From contig NW_024704742.1 in assembly GCF_018977255.1 (NCBI RefSeq), positions 123,196,001 to 123,260,000 on the forward strand: a DNA stretch of 64,000 bases, read 5' to 3'. The notes beneath the pieces are model-generated. The model did no database searches, was not told the origin of the DNA, and was given only the letters and a program-made list of their open reading frames with translations. Below are positions 37,746 to 49,774 of this stretch, piece by piece. Position 1 is the first letter of the stretch, and each line of letters starts with the position of its first letter. Position numbers and translations under genes: made by a program. Source of the stretch: Callorhinchus milii. Taxonomy: Eukaryota.

Positions 37746-38984
37746 TCCCCCAGTTCGGCATCAAACCAGGCCATTGTTCAGTGCTCCGAGATGCTACCTC
37801 GCGTGAAGGGCGCTATATAAATGCAAGACGTCGTTTTTGTAAATGCAAGTTTTTTTCATCCAATCTGCTCTCGTGATCTTGTGAACTAAAGAACACTGAC
37901 CAATAACACCACCTACTGGAAACGCTATGAAGTGTACTATTTTGTGCTGCATTCTCAGCCGCCATTTTTTTTCTTGCTGTACAAACAGAATCATTTCATA
38001 AGTAAGCGTTTCTTAGGTCCTTTATGCATGAGCTCCATTTGATTTTATTACTCAGTGATCTCTTGTATTAGTCTCTGTATAGTTTTATTTAAATTAATGT
38101 TTTGTTGCACTTATACAATCAATTCCCATATATTTAATTCTGATTCAAACAAATTCCTATAAGGAGATCTTGCCATAGCTTTGCCAAATCTGCAATATCC
38201 AATTTTTCCAGATAGTTTTGCTGATTTTCTTCCATGAAAACTGTTTGGAAAAAGACAGATGGGCCATGGCTGAAAATTCTATCTATTGGTTCTCCTTTCT
38301 TTGTGACAGATGATTGAATTACACTTTGCCATTGTTTTCCAACAAGCTATTATATATGTTGTGTTGATCTTGTAGATGAATGGAAAACCAGTTCAAATAG
38401 AACCAGTTCTCAAGTTGCCTGAAGCTGCTGCTGTTGCTGCTGTCTGGAATCCATCGGGTCTGCTTTGCAACACAGCGGCCAGGGTCCCGACAACAACATA
38501 GAATCAACTGCACAAGTTTCCAATTCACAGGCCAGACAGCCAAACAGCAGTACCTCTGAATGGGTCACTGGCAGTACAGTAGTGACATCGGAATTCATTT
38601 AGTGGCTCCATTCAATACAATAATAATAATAATCTTTGCACGTCAGGAGGACATCTCAAAGCCCTCCACAGGATATCCAACATATTTAATGCCCCCAGGT
38701 ATGTGTGTGGCAGACATGTTCTTTCTGTGTATCTACAGGTTCCACCGCCATTGCCCTTCAGTTCCTTTGAGATCTGTCCTTCAGATGAAACGTTAAATCG
38801 AAGTCCCATCTGCCAATTCAGGTAGATGCTAAAGATCCCATGGTACTGTTAGAAAAGAAAATGGGGTTTCTCTCGGTGGCCTGGCCAACAATCCCCCAAA
38901 CAATCCCCCAAATAAAATCGGTCACATGGCTGTCTGTTTGAGACCTGAATCCAAGACTTTTGTTGTGAAATCTTTTGGAAAACT

Positions 38985-40030
38985 GCTCTGTCCTTGCTCC
39001 CTTCCTCTTCAATATCTATATGCTCCCTCTTGGTGACATCATCCACAGACATGGGGTCAACTTCCACATGTATGCAGATGACACCCAACTCTATCTCTCT
39101 GCCTCCACCCTTGACTCCAGGACCACTGCTGTGCTGATAGAATGTCTGTCAGACATCAAGTCCTGAATGAGAGCTAACTTTCTTCAGTTGAACGTCAACA
39201 AGACTGCGGCTCTCCTGATTGGCTCCCGTCAGCGCCTCCTCACCTCAGGCGCTGACAGCATCACCATCCGAGGTTGCACACTCCACCTTGTTAAGCCAGT
39301 CCAGAACCTTGGTGTCTTGTTTGACCCTCAACTATCCTTTCTACCCTACATCTGCACCATGATCCGCTCTGCATTCCCCCAACTCCGCAACGTTGCCCGG
39401 CACCGACACTGTCTCACACCACAGGCCACCGAAACCCTCATACACGCTTTCATTACATCGAGGCTCAACTATGCAAACTCACTGCTTGTCGGCCTCCCCA
39501 ACTCCTCCCTCCACAGGCTGCAGATCATCCAGAACTCTGCAGCCCATGTCCTCTCCTGCATTAGGATCCGCGACCCTATCACCCCCATCCTTGCCCAACT
39601 CCACTGGCTTCCCATCACACAGAGGATACAGTTCAAGATCCTGATCCTCACCTTCAAAGTCCTCCACGGTCTTGCTCCCCCCTCACCTCTCCGACCTCCT
39701 AACTCCCTACCACCTTGTTCACTCCCTCCTTTCAGTGGGCTCCTGCCTGCTTCACGTCCCCTGCCTTGCTTGCCCCACTATCGGCGGGTGGGCCTTCTGC
39801 CACCCTCTGGAACTCCATACCACAGTCCCTCCATTTCGTCCCCTCCCTTGACACCTTCAAGACCTACCTCAAGATCCTCCTTTTCGACCGTGCTTTCGAT
39901 CTCCCTGCTTCCCCCACTGCCCTCCCCCACCTCAACCCTCAGCTCGGGTCTGTAACTCTGTCTGTCCAGCGCCTTGGGATGTTCTCCCAACATGAAAGGC
40001 GCTATACAAATGTCATTTTGTTGTTGTTGT
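38985..40030 (+). mobile_element. L2 LINE, RT C-terminal half to 3' tail
   Basis: SVLAPFLFNIYMLPLGDIIHRHGVNFHMYADDTQLYLS, then MRANFLQLNVNKT...RLNYANSLLVGLP...LHWLPITQRIQFKIL; one in-frame stop near 39164 and later frameshifts. Confidence 0.95.
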
Positions 40031-40385
40031 ATTTCCTGAAGTATAGCCATTGTCTGTGATCGCATTACAATTATTTCACCTGCCATTCCTCCTTAGGATC
40101 ACCTACTGGTTAGTTGGTTCTGAGCGAAGAGCTAAGCAGCCCATGGTGATCTGGCCTGTGTCCTAACATTTCATTCACTGAATATTTCATACACCTTTCT
40201 TTGATGTCGGCAATGAATCTTTTTGTTCAGGTAACGGTCATTAGTTTTTTGATAGATCTTTTGCCAAATGTGATCAGGGAGAACCTTGCAAAGACGATCA
40301 AAATATTGGCTTTACAGACTGGCGACCTTAGAAGTTCAAAGAACTCATACCTCAGTCCAAAGTGCTGCAGATTCCAACATAACTT

Positions 40386-40635
40386 TGAACAAAACACTGC
40401 AGATGCTGGAAATCTGAAACAAAAACAGAGAGAACTGGGAAAACTCAGAAGGTCTGGTAGCATCTATGGAGAAAGGAAAGTGAGTCAACGTTTCGGGTCT
40501 ACGACCTTCATCAGAACTCAAGGTTTCGGGTCCACAACCCTTCGTCAGACTCACTTTCCTTTCTCCTTTCCTTTCTCACTCACTTTCTGCCTGACTTGCT
40601 GAGTTTTCCCAGCTCTCTCTGGTTTTGTTTCCAAC
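40386..40635. mobile_element. Palindromic non-autonomous element, Penelope-like-derived
   Basis: Outer imperfect inverted repeat 40416-40460/40587-40631, inner perfect 19-bp inverted repeat 40468-40486/40548-40566, hammerhead cores in the centre. Resembles the common chondrichthyan 'ctgcagatgctggaaatctgaa' repeat. Confidence 0.75.
40482..40519 (-). ncRNA. Minimal type-I hammerhead ribozyme motif
   Basis: Minus strand: GAGUU-CUGAUGA-A.GGUC.GUA.GACC.C-GAAA-C-GUU-GACUC. Stem I GAGUU/GACUC, stem II GGUC/GACC, palindromic ACGU stem III, GUU cleavage triplet. Activity untested. Confidence 0.65.
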
Positions 40636-40898
40636 ATAATCTTGTTGATTATGCAAGTTGCTGATCCCCGACTGTTCAGCACCTTGGGACATCCTCCCGA
40701 CGTGAAAGGTGCTTTACAAATGTAATTTTGTTGTTCGTGGTGTTGTAATACGGGGAAGTTTTTACCTATTAGTGGAAAATACTGCAGTTTTTCCAAGGTT
40801 TTAAACCCTTCAGACACCTGGCTCATTAAAAGATCCAAATACCGTTTAGTGGGACTGATGGTGAGCAGTAGTTAACCCACACATGAACTACGCTCTCG

Positions 40899-40915
40899 CC
40901 CCCCCCCCCCCCCCC
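40899..40915. repeat. Poly-C tract (C17)
   Basis: Read directly. Confidence 0.95.
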
Positions 40916-40919
40916 ACCA

Positions 40920-41235
40920 CCTCTGCGACCTCCTCCACATGACCCTGGTCACTCCCTTCACCTGCTTGATGTCCTGCTCCCTATATGCCCCACCATCGGC
41001 GGGTGGGCCTTCTGCCCCCAGTCTCAGGAACTGCATCCCAGAGTTCCTCTGACTCCCTCCCTCCCCTCAAAGCACACCTCAAAACATACCCGTCTGATAG
41101 TGCTATGGGTCATTTTTTCCCCTCCCCACTCCCCACAGCTCACACCCCCAGCTTGGCTTCCTATCGACCACTATAAGTACTTTGAGATATCCTCCCAACA
41201 TGAAAGGCACAATATAAATGTGAATTTTATTGTAC
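40920..41235 (+). mobile_element. Degraded L2 3' fragment
   Basis: ccaccatcggcgggtgggccttctgcc, LKAHLKTY, tail gagatatcctcccaacatgaaaggc. Confidence 0.75.
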
Positions 41236-42324
41236 TGAAACTGGGCAAGGCACAATTTTTCTACATTGCTTTGTGAAGCTGGTGATACAGGTATGTTCAC
41301 AATAGACCAGAAGCATAAGTGCTCCATGCACATTAACCCAGTCTTGAGGGTGACCTCACTAGAAAAGATGGACTCCTTTCTGCAGGCAAAATTTAATATT
41401 GGACCATTTGCTCTACATGTTATGTAGGGTGGTCCAAAGTTTTTGTCAGTTGAAGACCATATAATTGAACGTAAGGACCCACAGATGGAGGCCTTTCCAC
41501 AGGAGTTGTTACAAAGCATAAGGATTCTACAGATCAGAGTAATCCTATCTGAAACTCACAGAGGAGCAGTGTCTGTGGAGAATGATCATCTCCAATGAGG
41601 CAATAAGAGAACAGTGCAATATTATGGCAGAGATCTTGAGGGTGTCCTCAGCAGTCAAGGCCACTTTCCTCAAAGCAACGGTTCTGAACTCCCTTGAGAA
41701 AGGCTCCGTTCTACTTCCCTCTTGTGATTTGGCGGGCATCTGCCAAAGTCCCACAAGTGCATCAATATAGTAGAGTTGCCAAAATAATCGCAAGAAAAGG
41801 GATGACATTTTCTGTGTTTCATAATTAATAATTATCATCAAGAACAAGTTATGAAATATTGAAAATTTCATCCCAAATAATTATTTTGGGAGTTTCATCA
41901 TGAAACTAATTCATCAGACATTCTTCCTAAACCTTTTACACTCTGCTCCCCTCGGTGGCCATAAGCATGTGTCACATGCATCCTTGTTTTCATTCGAATA
42001 TATTTTTAAAAAAACACTTTTGGGGATTTTAATTTAATTTTGTTTTCAGAATTTTTTTTATTGGTGATCAAGAGGAGGTTACACTCAACCCCTTTAGCTG
42101 AATTAGACTGAATACATTCCACTAGGGAATGACGGTTGTCTCCACAGACATGTCCCCAAACCCTCGTCTCCAAATTTTCAAAGGACAATGTGGACTTGAT
42201 GCCTGTCTTCATGACTACCCTAGCAAGCCAGGTGACTCAGAAGACCTGCAATACCAATCCCAGCCAATAGAGATCTGAAAGCATAGCTGTTGCTAGGAGC
42301 TCATTCCTTCCCATAAAGCCCCTG

Positions 42325-43030
42325 AGGGTAGGGGTAGGAGGGTGACCAAATGCACAGTCAAAGAGGAGGGTCTTGAGACTTGCTTTGATGGAGGAAAGGG
42401 AGGGAGCGAGACAATGGGACTGTGGGATGGAGTTCCAGTGGGTGGGAGCAGAGAAGCTGAAGACCTGACCACCGATGGTGGTGTGGGTTGGCCAGGGGAC
42501 ATGGAGCAGGGCAGAGCCTGCTGAGCAGACAGAGCGGACAGATTGATTTGGCCTTAGCAGGTCACGGAGGTAGGAAGGAGCCAGGCCGTGGAGTGCTTTG
42601 AAGGCGAGGACAAGGATGTTGAACTCTATCCTCTGCATGGATGAGGGTTTTGGCAGCCTGAGGCAGTGGTGGAGCCGGGTAATGTTGCGGAGATGGGGGA
42701 TGCCAAAGTGAATCATGGTACAGATGTGGGGTAGAAAAGACAGTTAAGGATCAAACAAAATTCCAAGGTTCCGGACTGGGAGGAAAGTGGAGTGGGCATC
42801 TTTGGATGGTAATGCTGCCTGAGGTGTGGAGGCTCTGACTGGAGCCAATCAGGAGAGCTTCAGTCTTGTTGATGTTCAACTGTAGAAAATTAGCTCTCAT
42901 GCAGGACTTGATGTTTGCAGCAGTGGTTCTGGAGTCCAGGGTGTAGGCAGAGAGGTACAGTTGTGTGTCATCCGCATACATTTGGAAGTTGACCCCATGT
43001 CTGCGGATGATTTCACCAACAGGGAGCATG
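42325..43030 (-). mobile_element. L2 LINE fragment with internal deletions
   Basis: MLPVGEIIRRHGVNFQMYADDTQLYLS...MRANFLQLNINKTEALLIGS; QRIEFNILVLAFKALHGLAPSYL. Confidence 0.92.
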
Positions 43031-46000
43031 TCTCACTGAAGACTTCTTGTCAAATCTTCTTGTTATTTCCCATACTCTTTCATTTTCCTCAGTCATCTAT
43101 TTAATTTCCTTTTAAAATAATTAAAGGTTTGATTGACAAAGATATGTAGCAGCATGCCTAGCTCAAACTTAAATATAACTGTGTGCAATTGTGTGATCTG
43201 AAGACTCCAATCTTCTCCTTTCCCCCTTCTCCCCTGTTCAGTGTCCAACTCCGGCATTGTGAAGCACTCCAGGATGCTATCCCATGTGAAGAGGGCTGTA
43301 CCATTACACCATTGCAAGTTCTTGCTGTACAATAGTATGAGTTTTAACACTGTTTGATTCAAAAGGAAAATAAAATAATAACAATAAAAATAATAATCCT
43401 TGCATTTGATTCCTTCCAAAAACAAATGTCCAGAGGACATCTCAAAGCGCTTTATAGGATTTACTGTGAAGTGTTGTTACTATGTGTTCTGTAGGCAAAT
43501 ATAGCAGTTAAATTTTAGTTACCTGTTGTGGATTGTTTAATTTCCTGCACTGAATCTTCAGCTAATAATTCTCTTTCTTCTGATTTGTTTCCTCATTCAC
43601 TACTCTGGGCTGTTGCTGCTTCATATTTTTGTGAAGTGCAGTCAGATCATCAGTAAATTTATTAATTGTGGAGGACAAGGGTGTCTTAATCCCAGTTGGT
43701 AAATACATTTACCAGCTTTGACATTGAGAACTCATAATGGGATTTTCCTATCATATGCTCTCATCACCAAATCCACCACATTTACCAGACACTCAGGTGC
43801 CCCAAAATTCTAATGAACTTAGTCTCAAGACCCAATGTCTTAAGCTTAACATAGTGCAGAATTTTGAAAACGTCTTAAATTAGTTGTTGATGGGGAATCT
43901 GATTTTTTGCATTCCCCAAAACAAGCTGGAAAACAAACTGAATTTAACAATTTTGCTAAATTTGTGCCTATCTAAACTTTTAAGATAATGGTCTTGCCAC
44001 TAAATCCATGAGAATTTCAGGCCTCTGAGACAGGTAAATATATTGTCAGTTAAAGATTCAGCCTCAATGTGTTCTTGAGCACATTGTTCTAGTATACTCA
44101 AAATAAGGGTGATAATAAATCACTACATGTGAAATTTTTAGTACGCATCATTTGCTGTGTATTTTTGAGCAAATCATCACAGGTAACATATTATTTCATA
44201 GTGAAACTTTTATAGCAAACAGGAAACTGCACAGGAAATTGCTCATCCCCTGGGAGTCCTAATTTCAGGCCAGTTTGTTTTATCATGGACTTAGCATTAA
44301 CCCTGTTTTTTCCACAGCCTTTTGGGAATATCCAGAAATCAGTAAGAATGTACCACTGACAGTTAGAACACTACATATTCAGAAAGATTACATAGAACTC
44401 TATCATGTGCATATCAACAATATCAAGCCCAGGTTTCATTTATTACTATTGATAAGATGCTGATGGTAAACGTCCTTTCAGCATCTTGTCTTTTCCTTTA
44501 AAAGTTTTTCCTTGTCTTTTCCACTTTCTTATAATAACTAACAGGCAATGAATTATTGAATAAAAGTTCAGCCAGAGCAGCAGTTGAAAAGTTTAGCTGC
44601 CACTGTGTCCGCCAATAGTGTGCGTCACTATACACTCCATGTCCATGACCTAACGTTCTGAGATAGGCACTGATCCATTTCTCCAAAAGCCACATCCCCA
44701 GATAAGAATGGTTAAAGCATTCCCCTCCTTCGGGAACCCAATTACATGGGAATACTGAAGCTTCCTCTGCCATATGTATTCTCCCAGCTTACAAGATGTC
44801 TTAATGCTGTGACCAACCCTGACTCATTGTCAACAAGGGGGAAAAAAATCACTATAGCTGTTAGCCTATCTTTTGAATCATTTACTAGCCATTATGGCGG
44901 CAGAAAGTGCTGTATTAGAACAGGAAAGGAGGAAAGCAGGAGGAGCGAATAGCTATCTGAAGGTTGTGAGTGAAGGCAGTGTGCAAGCCTGATCCAGTCT
45001 TAATATACAGGGTGGTTATTGAGGTTTATCCTAGAACAAAGTATTATTACCAGCAGCAGCATGAGCATTCAGCACGTCCACTCACTTCAATAGTTTTCTT
45101 CAGGTCAATTTTGTGCAGTTGCACTCAGTCTTCTTAGTCATTAGAAAATCAAGGGAATCCTCTTTGACCGTGCCTTCAGTCACCTTCTCTTCCTTTCCAG
45201 CTCAGCATCAAGCCACACCATTGTTAAGAGCTCCGAAATGCTACTCGCGCAAAGGCTGCTATATAAATACGAGTTATTGTTGCTATTAACATGTGTCTCT
45301 ATCAAGCTTGAGCTAACCACCGACATCCCCACAATCCCATACCAGCTGGTTAGTAGTAGTTCCAGCTCATTCACTGGAACTCCCTTCATTCCGGCACATT
45401 TATCTTTCTGCTTCAACAAATACATCAACAGATGAGCTAAGGCAACATCATATAGGGATGAAAATACAATACAATAAATCTACATTTATATAGTGCCTTT
45501 CATATTGGGAGGACATCTCAAGCACTTAGCAACGCTAGATATGCACCCAAGATGGGTGCTGAGGGGGGTGAGGAGGAATATATACAATGTTTTATAACAG
45601 ATTTGATATGATATGAAAGCAGCTATGAAAGAGCATTTCGCAACACAAAAACTCATTTTAACCACCTGCTGAGATTTACAATTGCTGCATATAGTGTGCA
45701 GCAAACTGGTGTCCCAATGTTGTAAAAATTAGGTTTGAGCTGAGTATTCTGGTAAATGCTCTTCTGGACTAGATCCTTCCTCATTTAAAGTCGCACATTA
45801 AAACTTTCCAATAGAGGTTCATTGGATAGCAACAAAGCTATCTGGTGAACATTGCTTGACTTTTCTCTCTAACCCAGTGGCATTGAGGTCAATTGCAACA
45901 CTCCTACACCCAATGAGACCAGCTAATTCAACGCAGATCAGGAATCAAATCTATGACTTTCTGGTCTGCATCACTTACTACTACATCAGGTGATGTTTCT

Positions 46001-46489
46001 ATCCTTTGTACCATTGAAGGAGCTTATCAATTCTTCTTAAACTCACCATGTGGCTGTTAAAGCTTAGTGTCATTGGCTAATGATTTATCACAAGAAGACA
46101 ATACAATTACAAAAAGTAGCCTCTACATAACAATTACGAATTTTGTGATCAGCAGGGAATCAGAGATGATCTCTATAGAGCTCAAATTGTCACTATCCCC
46201 TTTTCCATCATCATTGCCAAACCACTTTCCAATCCACTTTAACCGTAGAGCTTTGTTGTCTTTAATTTATTATTGGGATAGACATCCTAGCTCAGTTGAT
46301 TGAGTGCTCGACCAGGGACTATAATGGTCTGGTTTCAAATCATTAGGCCTCCAACTTTTTAAGTTGATAAAATGATCTAATAAAGGGTAGGAAAGGCTGA
46401 GAGAAAAGTCATTTAATTTTCAAGTCCTGGACTCTGTTACTTGGTTGTAAGTACAGTAAAGGTATACAAACGGGATATAGAAATGAAAC

Positions 46490-47030
46490 TCAGAATACCT
46501 TCAGATGTGCAAAACAAGAATACATAGGTTTGGGATTGTAAAATGCAATTTCTGAACAGATATCAGGAAATATTTATTCCCCTGAAGGTAATTAACAACT
46601 GGAACAGGTTTGCTGGGAAGGGTGGTTGAGGACAAGACACGGGCTCGTTTACGAAATAGCTTGATGCTTTTATGGGAGGATGGTGAACTGGATATTCTGC
46701 ATTCAAGATAGGAAGAAACTCCTGTGGTGGGAGTGTCGTTAATCAGAGGAACCAGATTTAAGATAATTGGCAAAAGAACCAGAGGGGAGACAAGGAGGAT
46801 TTTTTTTATCCAGAGAGTTGCTATGGTCTGTAATGCACTTCCTCAAAGAGTGGTTCGAGAAGATTCAGTAACAGCTTTCAAAAGGGAATTGGATAGGTAC
46901 TTAAAAAGGAAACATTTGCAGGGCTATGGGATAAGAACGGGGGAAGGGGACTAGTTGGATAGCTCTTTCAAAGAGCCAGCACAGGCACGATGGGCCGAAT
47001 GGCCTCCTTCTATGCTGTAAGATTCTATGA
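46490..47030 (+). mobile_element. Two adjacent CR1 3' fragments
   Basis: RGTRFKIIGKRTRGETRRIFFIQRVAMVCNALPQRVV...FKRELDRYLK; 3' UTR gatgggccgaatggcctccttctatgctgtaagattctatga. Confidence 0.88.
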
Positions 47031-47649
47031 TCAATGGCCTTCTTCATCCTTCTTGTGATCAGTATCCAGTGATCCAAAACACATGTAAAAAGTAAGGCAA
47101 CAACTAGTGTCCATATATGTGCAACAATGTCTCTAAGCCACAATCTCGTTGGGTATGCAACACCCTCACATCATCATTGGTTCCTCACGAGCATGGAAAC
47201 AAATCTGGGATTTTCAAAACTGAAAGCAGAGCCGAACGAAGACTGACACCTCTATTTACTGAATTAAGTAGCACGGCAAGAGTTCAAAATTTAAATATCT
47301 CACGTGCTCACCTCAGCATAGCTGTACCTATTGTTACCATTAATACATCCTTCCCCTCTTTTAGGTCACGACTGTAAACCTTCCTCTTTGAGTGTGCTTA
47401 CGGTCACCCCCTCCCTCCCCACCGGCCCGGTATGAAGCTCGGCCACGGTTAAGGATACCAAGACGTTGCCCCGCATGACGGGAGCTCTATAAGCGCAAGT
47501 TGTTGTTATTTTTTTTATCAGCCTGACTAAAGCTAGGCGAGTGATTATGTTACTATAATTTATACTGCGAATCTTCTGTGCAAAGACTTTATTCAGTCCC
47601 ATTCCTGCTCCAGGCAAATCAAAATAAAACGTGTGGCTGTCCCAACATG

Positions 47650-48384
47650 GGAAACAGCAACATTTTTACAGCACTTGTGGGGGTCAAAGTTTAGACTTGA
47701 TTTTCTCCTTTACTTATTCCACACAGCTCAGGAAACTCTCACTAGATAATTAATCAAGAATCGCATCACTACAGATCCTGTTTCAGACATCATTTTCAAA
47801 AGCTGGGACTCGAGTTGTTTACAGAATGAATGCTGCTGCTCAGAACTTCAGTACATTTTAGGGAGAGAGACTCTTCATACCCAAAGTGCATTGCCATCTT
47901 GCACATGCTCAGTCTTGTGGTGAGCACCCCTTGTTTACAGTGAGATGGTTCTGTTTTATTTGAGGAGACATTGGTTCTTCTGCTTTAATCTACATTTGTT
48001 TTGAGTGGTACATCATTGGTGGCTGTTTCTGGACTCGGTGACGTGATCAAAGGGGCATCTTTGGCAGCATCAGAGGAAGAGACACTTGAATTTTCTTCAG
48101 TCAAGCAGCGTGCGGACTTATTCAAAAGGTTCAGCTGTTCTCGGGAGATCTCGCCTTCCAGCAGCAGCCTGTACCAAGCAGTTTGTTTCAGTGCTAGGTG
48201 CAGGCCAGCACTGCTATTCTCCTTCACAACCCAGAGCCGTAAATTGATTTATTACAAGTCCCCCTCCCCTGCCAGCATATTGCTCTGCGATAGCTGTCAT
48301 TCCATTTACTGCAGTCGTTGCTTCTCTGTCTGAAACGCTGAGCTGAAATTTTTTTGCTCCGGTTGTAAATAATGAAATAGAAAA
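47650..48384 (+). promoter_or_regulatory. Putative promoter / 5' UTR region of ANKRD55
   Basis: Repeat-free stretch immediately 5' of the start codon, with TGTTTAC at 47816-47822 and 47932-47938 and a TGACGT half-CRE near 48039. Transcription start not determinable. Confidence 0.35.
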
Positions 48385-48424
48385 ATGGATTTTAGTTCAT
48401 CGTCTGTTTTCGATCAGCATAAAG
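48385..48424 (+). CDS. ANKRD55: Ankyrin repeat domain-containing protein 55, coding exon 1 (MDFSSSSVFDQHK-G)
   Basis: Matches recalled human MDFSTPSVFDQQRG; AAAATGG Kozak context; donor G|GTACGG, phase 1. Confidence 0.9.
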
Positions 48425-49774
48425 GTACGGATGTTTTCAATATGAGTAAATAAATGAACGGGGTACATGCTTGCTCAGATTTCTGCTGAACTGTATGGGT
48501 TTCCGAGCTATGTGCGTGGGTTCTTCAAATTAAGGTAGATGGTTTGAAGAATGAGCCTCTTAATTATTAAGTACATTGATGTTTCTTACCTTGTCGGATG
48601 TGTTTTGGGAATAGGACATACAATTTCTATATCACAATTACGTTTAAAAAAATCTGACATTCAAATTGTGGGTGGTCACAGTGTTCCACTGATAACCTGA
48701 GGACCACAGGAAGAAAAACCAGTTTGATAAGTTAAATGGGCAAATGTTGAATCATAATTCATCCACAAACATTGCAAGACGCTTCAGTAATATTTAGATA
48801 TACATATGTTTATACATTTTACTTTATATTTATCGAGAAATTAATAAAGCTATCCTTTTTTTCAGAAAGCCAAATGGCATTTAATAACCTCCAGAATAGT
48901 GTAACTGAAATGTGCTCAGTTAAGTGACTGTTCTGCTGTGCTGTCTATATTAAACAAGAAATACTACACATTCATGTTTTGTCAATTTTCGTTTAACCTT
49001 CAATACTGTGTTATTATGTGTGTCTTATTATTTGTGCCCTTATTTAATTTATTGCTGTGAACATATGTGGCAGGAAGGAAATAAATAGGGCTTGTTTAAC
49101 CCTTTGAGGTCTGTAATATTATCTGTGCATTGAAACTGAATTTGTAACAAGGTAGTGTTTTGAAATTTACATCATAAATCCAGTGATTGAATCAATTTTG
49201 TATGTTTCTGTAAGGTTTGCAAATTTTGGTTCAGTATATTCACGAAGATGTCAAATTTTAACCTCTCGACTAGCTCGGGCACTTAAGCACTGGACTGGGA
49301 ATTAGAAGATACTGGGTTTGAATGCTGCTGAGTTTTCTCAGCAGCTCCCCCTATTGAGGTTGATAAATGAATACTTCTTGTGGGTGGGGAGTGAGCAGTG
49401 TCTCCTTGGGGTGTCACTGCCTCTGAGGTGATATGCCTAGTGAAGCTATGCAAGTCCATAACAACCCAAGAAAGAAAGTTTGCATTTTTGTAGCGCTTTA
49501 TTCGTTGATTAATCTGGGGAATTGCTGGGAAGGACACTTGGAGGCACGCCATTCCCTTATCAAATAGTGTCATCCAAGCTTTAAAATCTACCTGAGGACA
49601 GGCAGTCCTCATCTCATTCAAAAGATTGTGCTCTCTGACAATGCAGTGCTCCCCCACCAAGTCTCAACATAGGGCTTGAACCCACAAACTTCTGAGTCAG
49701 AGAAGAGTCAGGCTGACAGCTACAACCATTGTTGATGGTCAACCAGTCTATGTGGCACATCAATAAGACTTGAA

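Noticed and set aside
39167..39955. 262-aa ORF as a host gene
   Set aside because: L2 ORF2 fragment with an upstream in-frame stop and a frameshifted end.
47636..47658. Possible RFX X-box near the ANKRD55 start
   Set aside because: Spacing and half-sites do not fit the GTNNCC-AT-RGNAAC consensus well enough.
48001..48333. 110-aa ORF just upstream of ANKRD55
   Set aside because: Starts at TTG, has no recognisable domain and no supporting splice structure; more likely promoter or UTR sequence.
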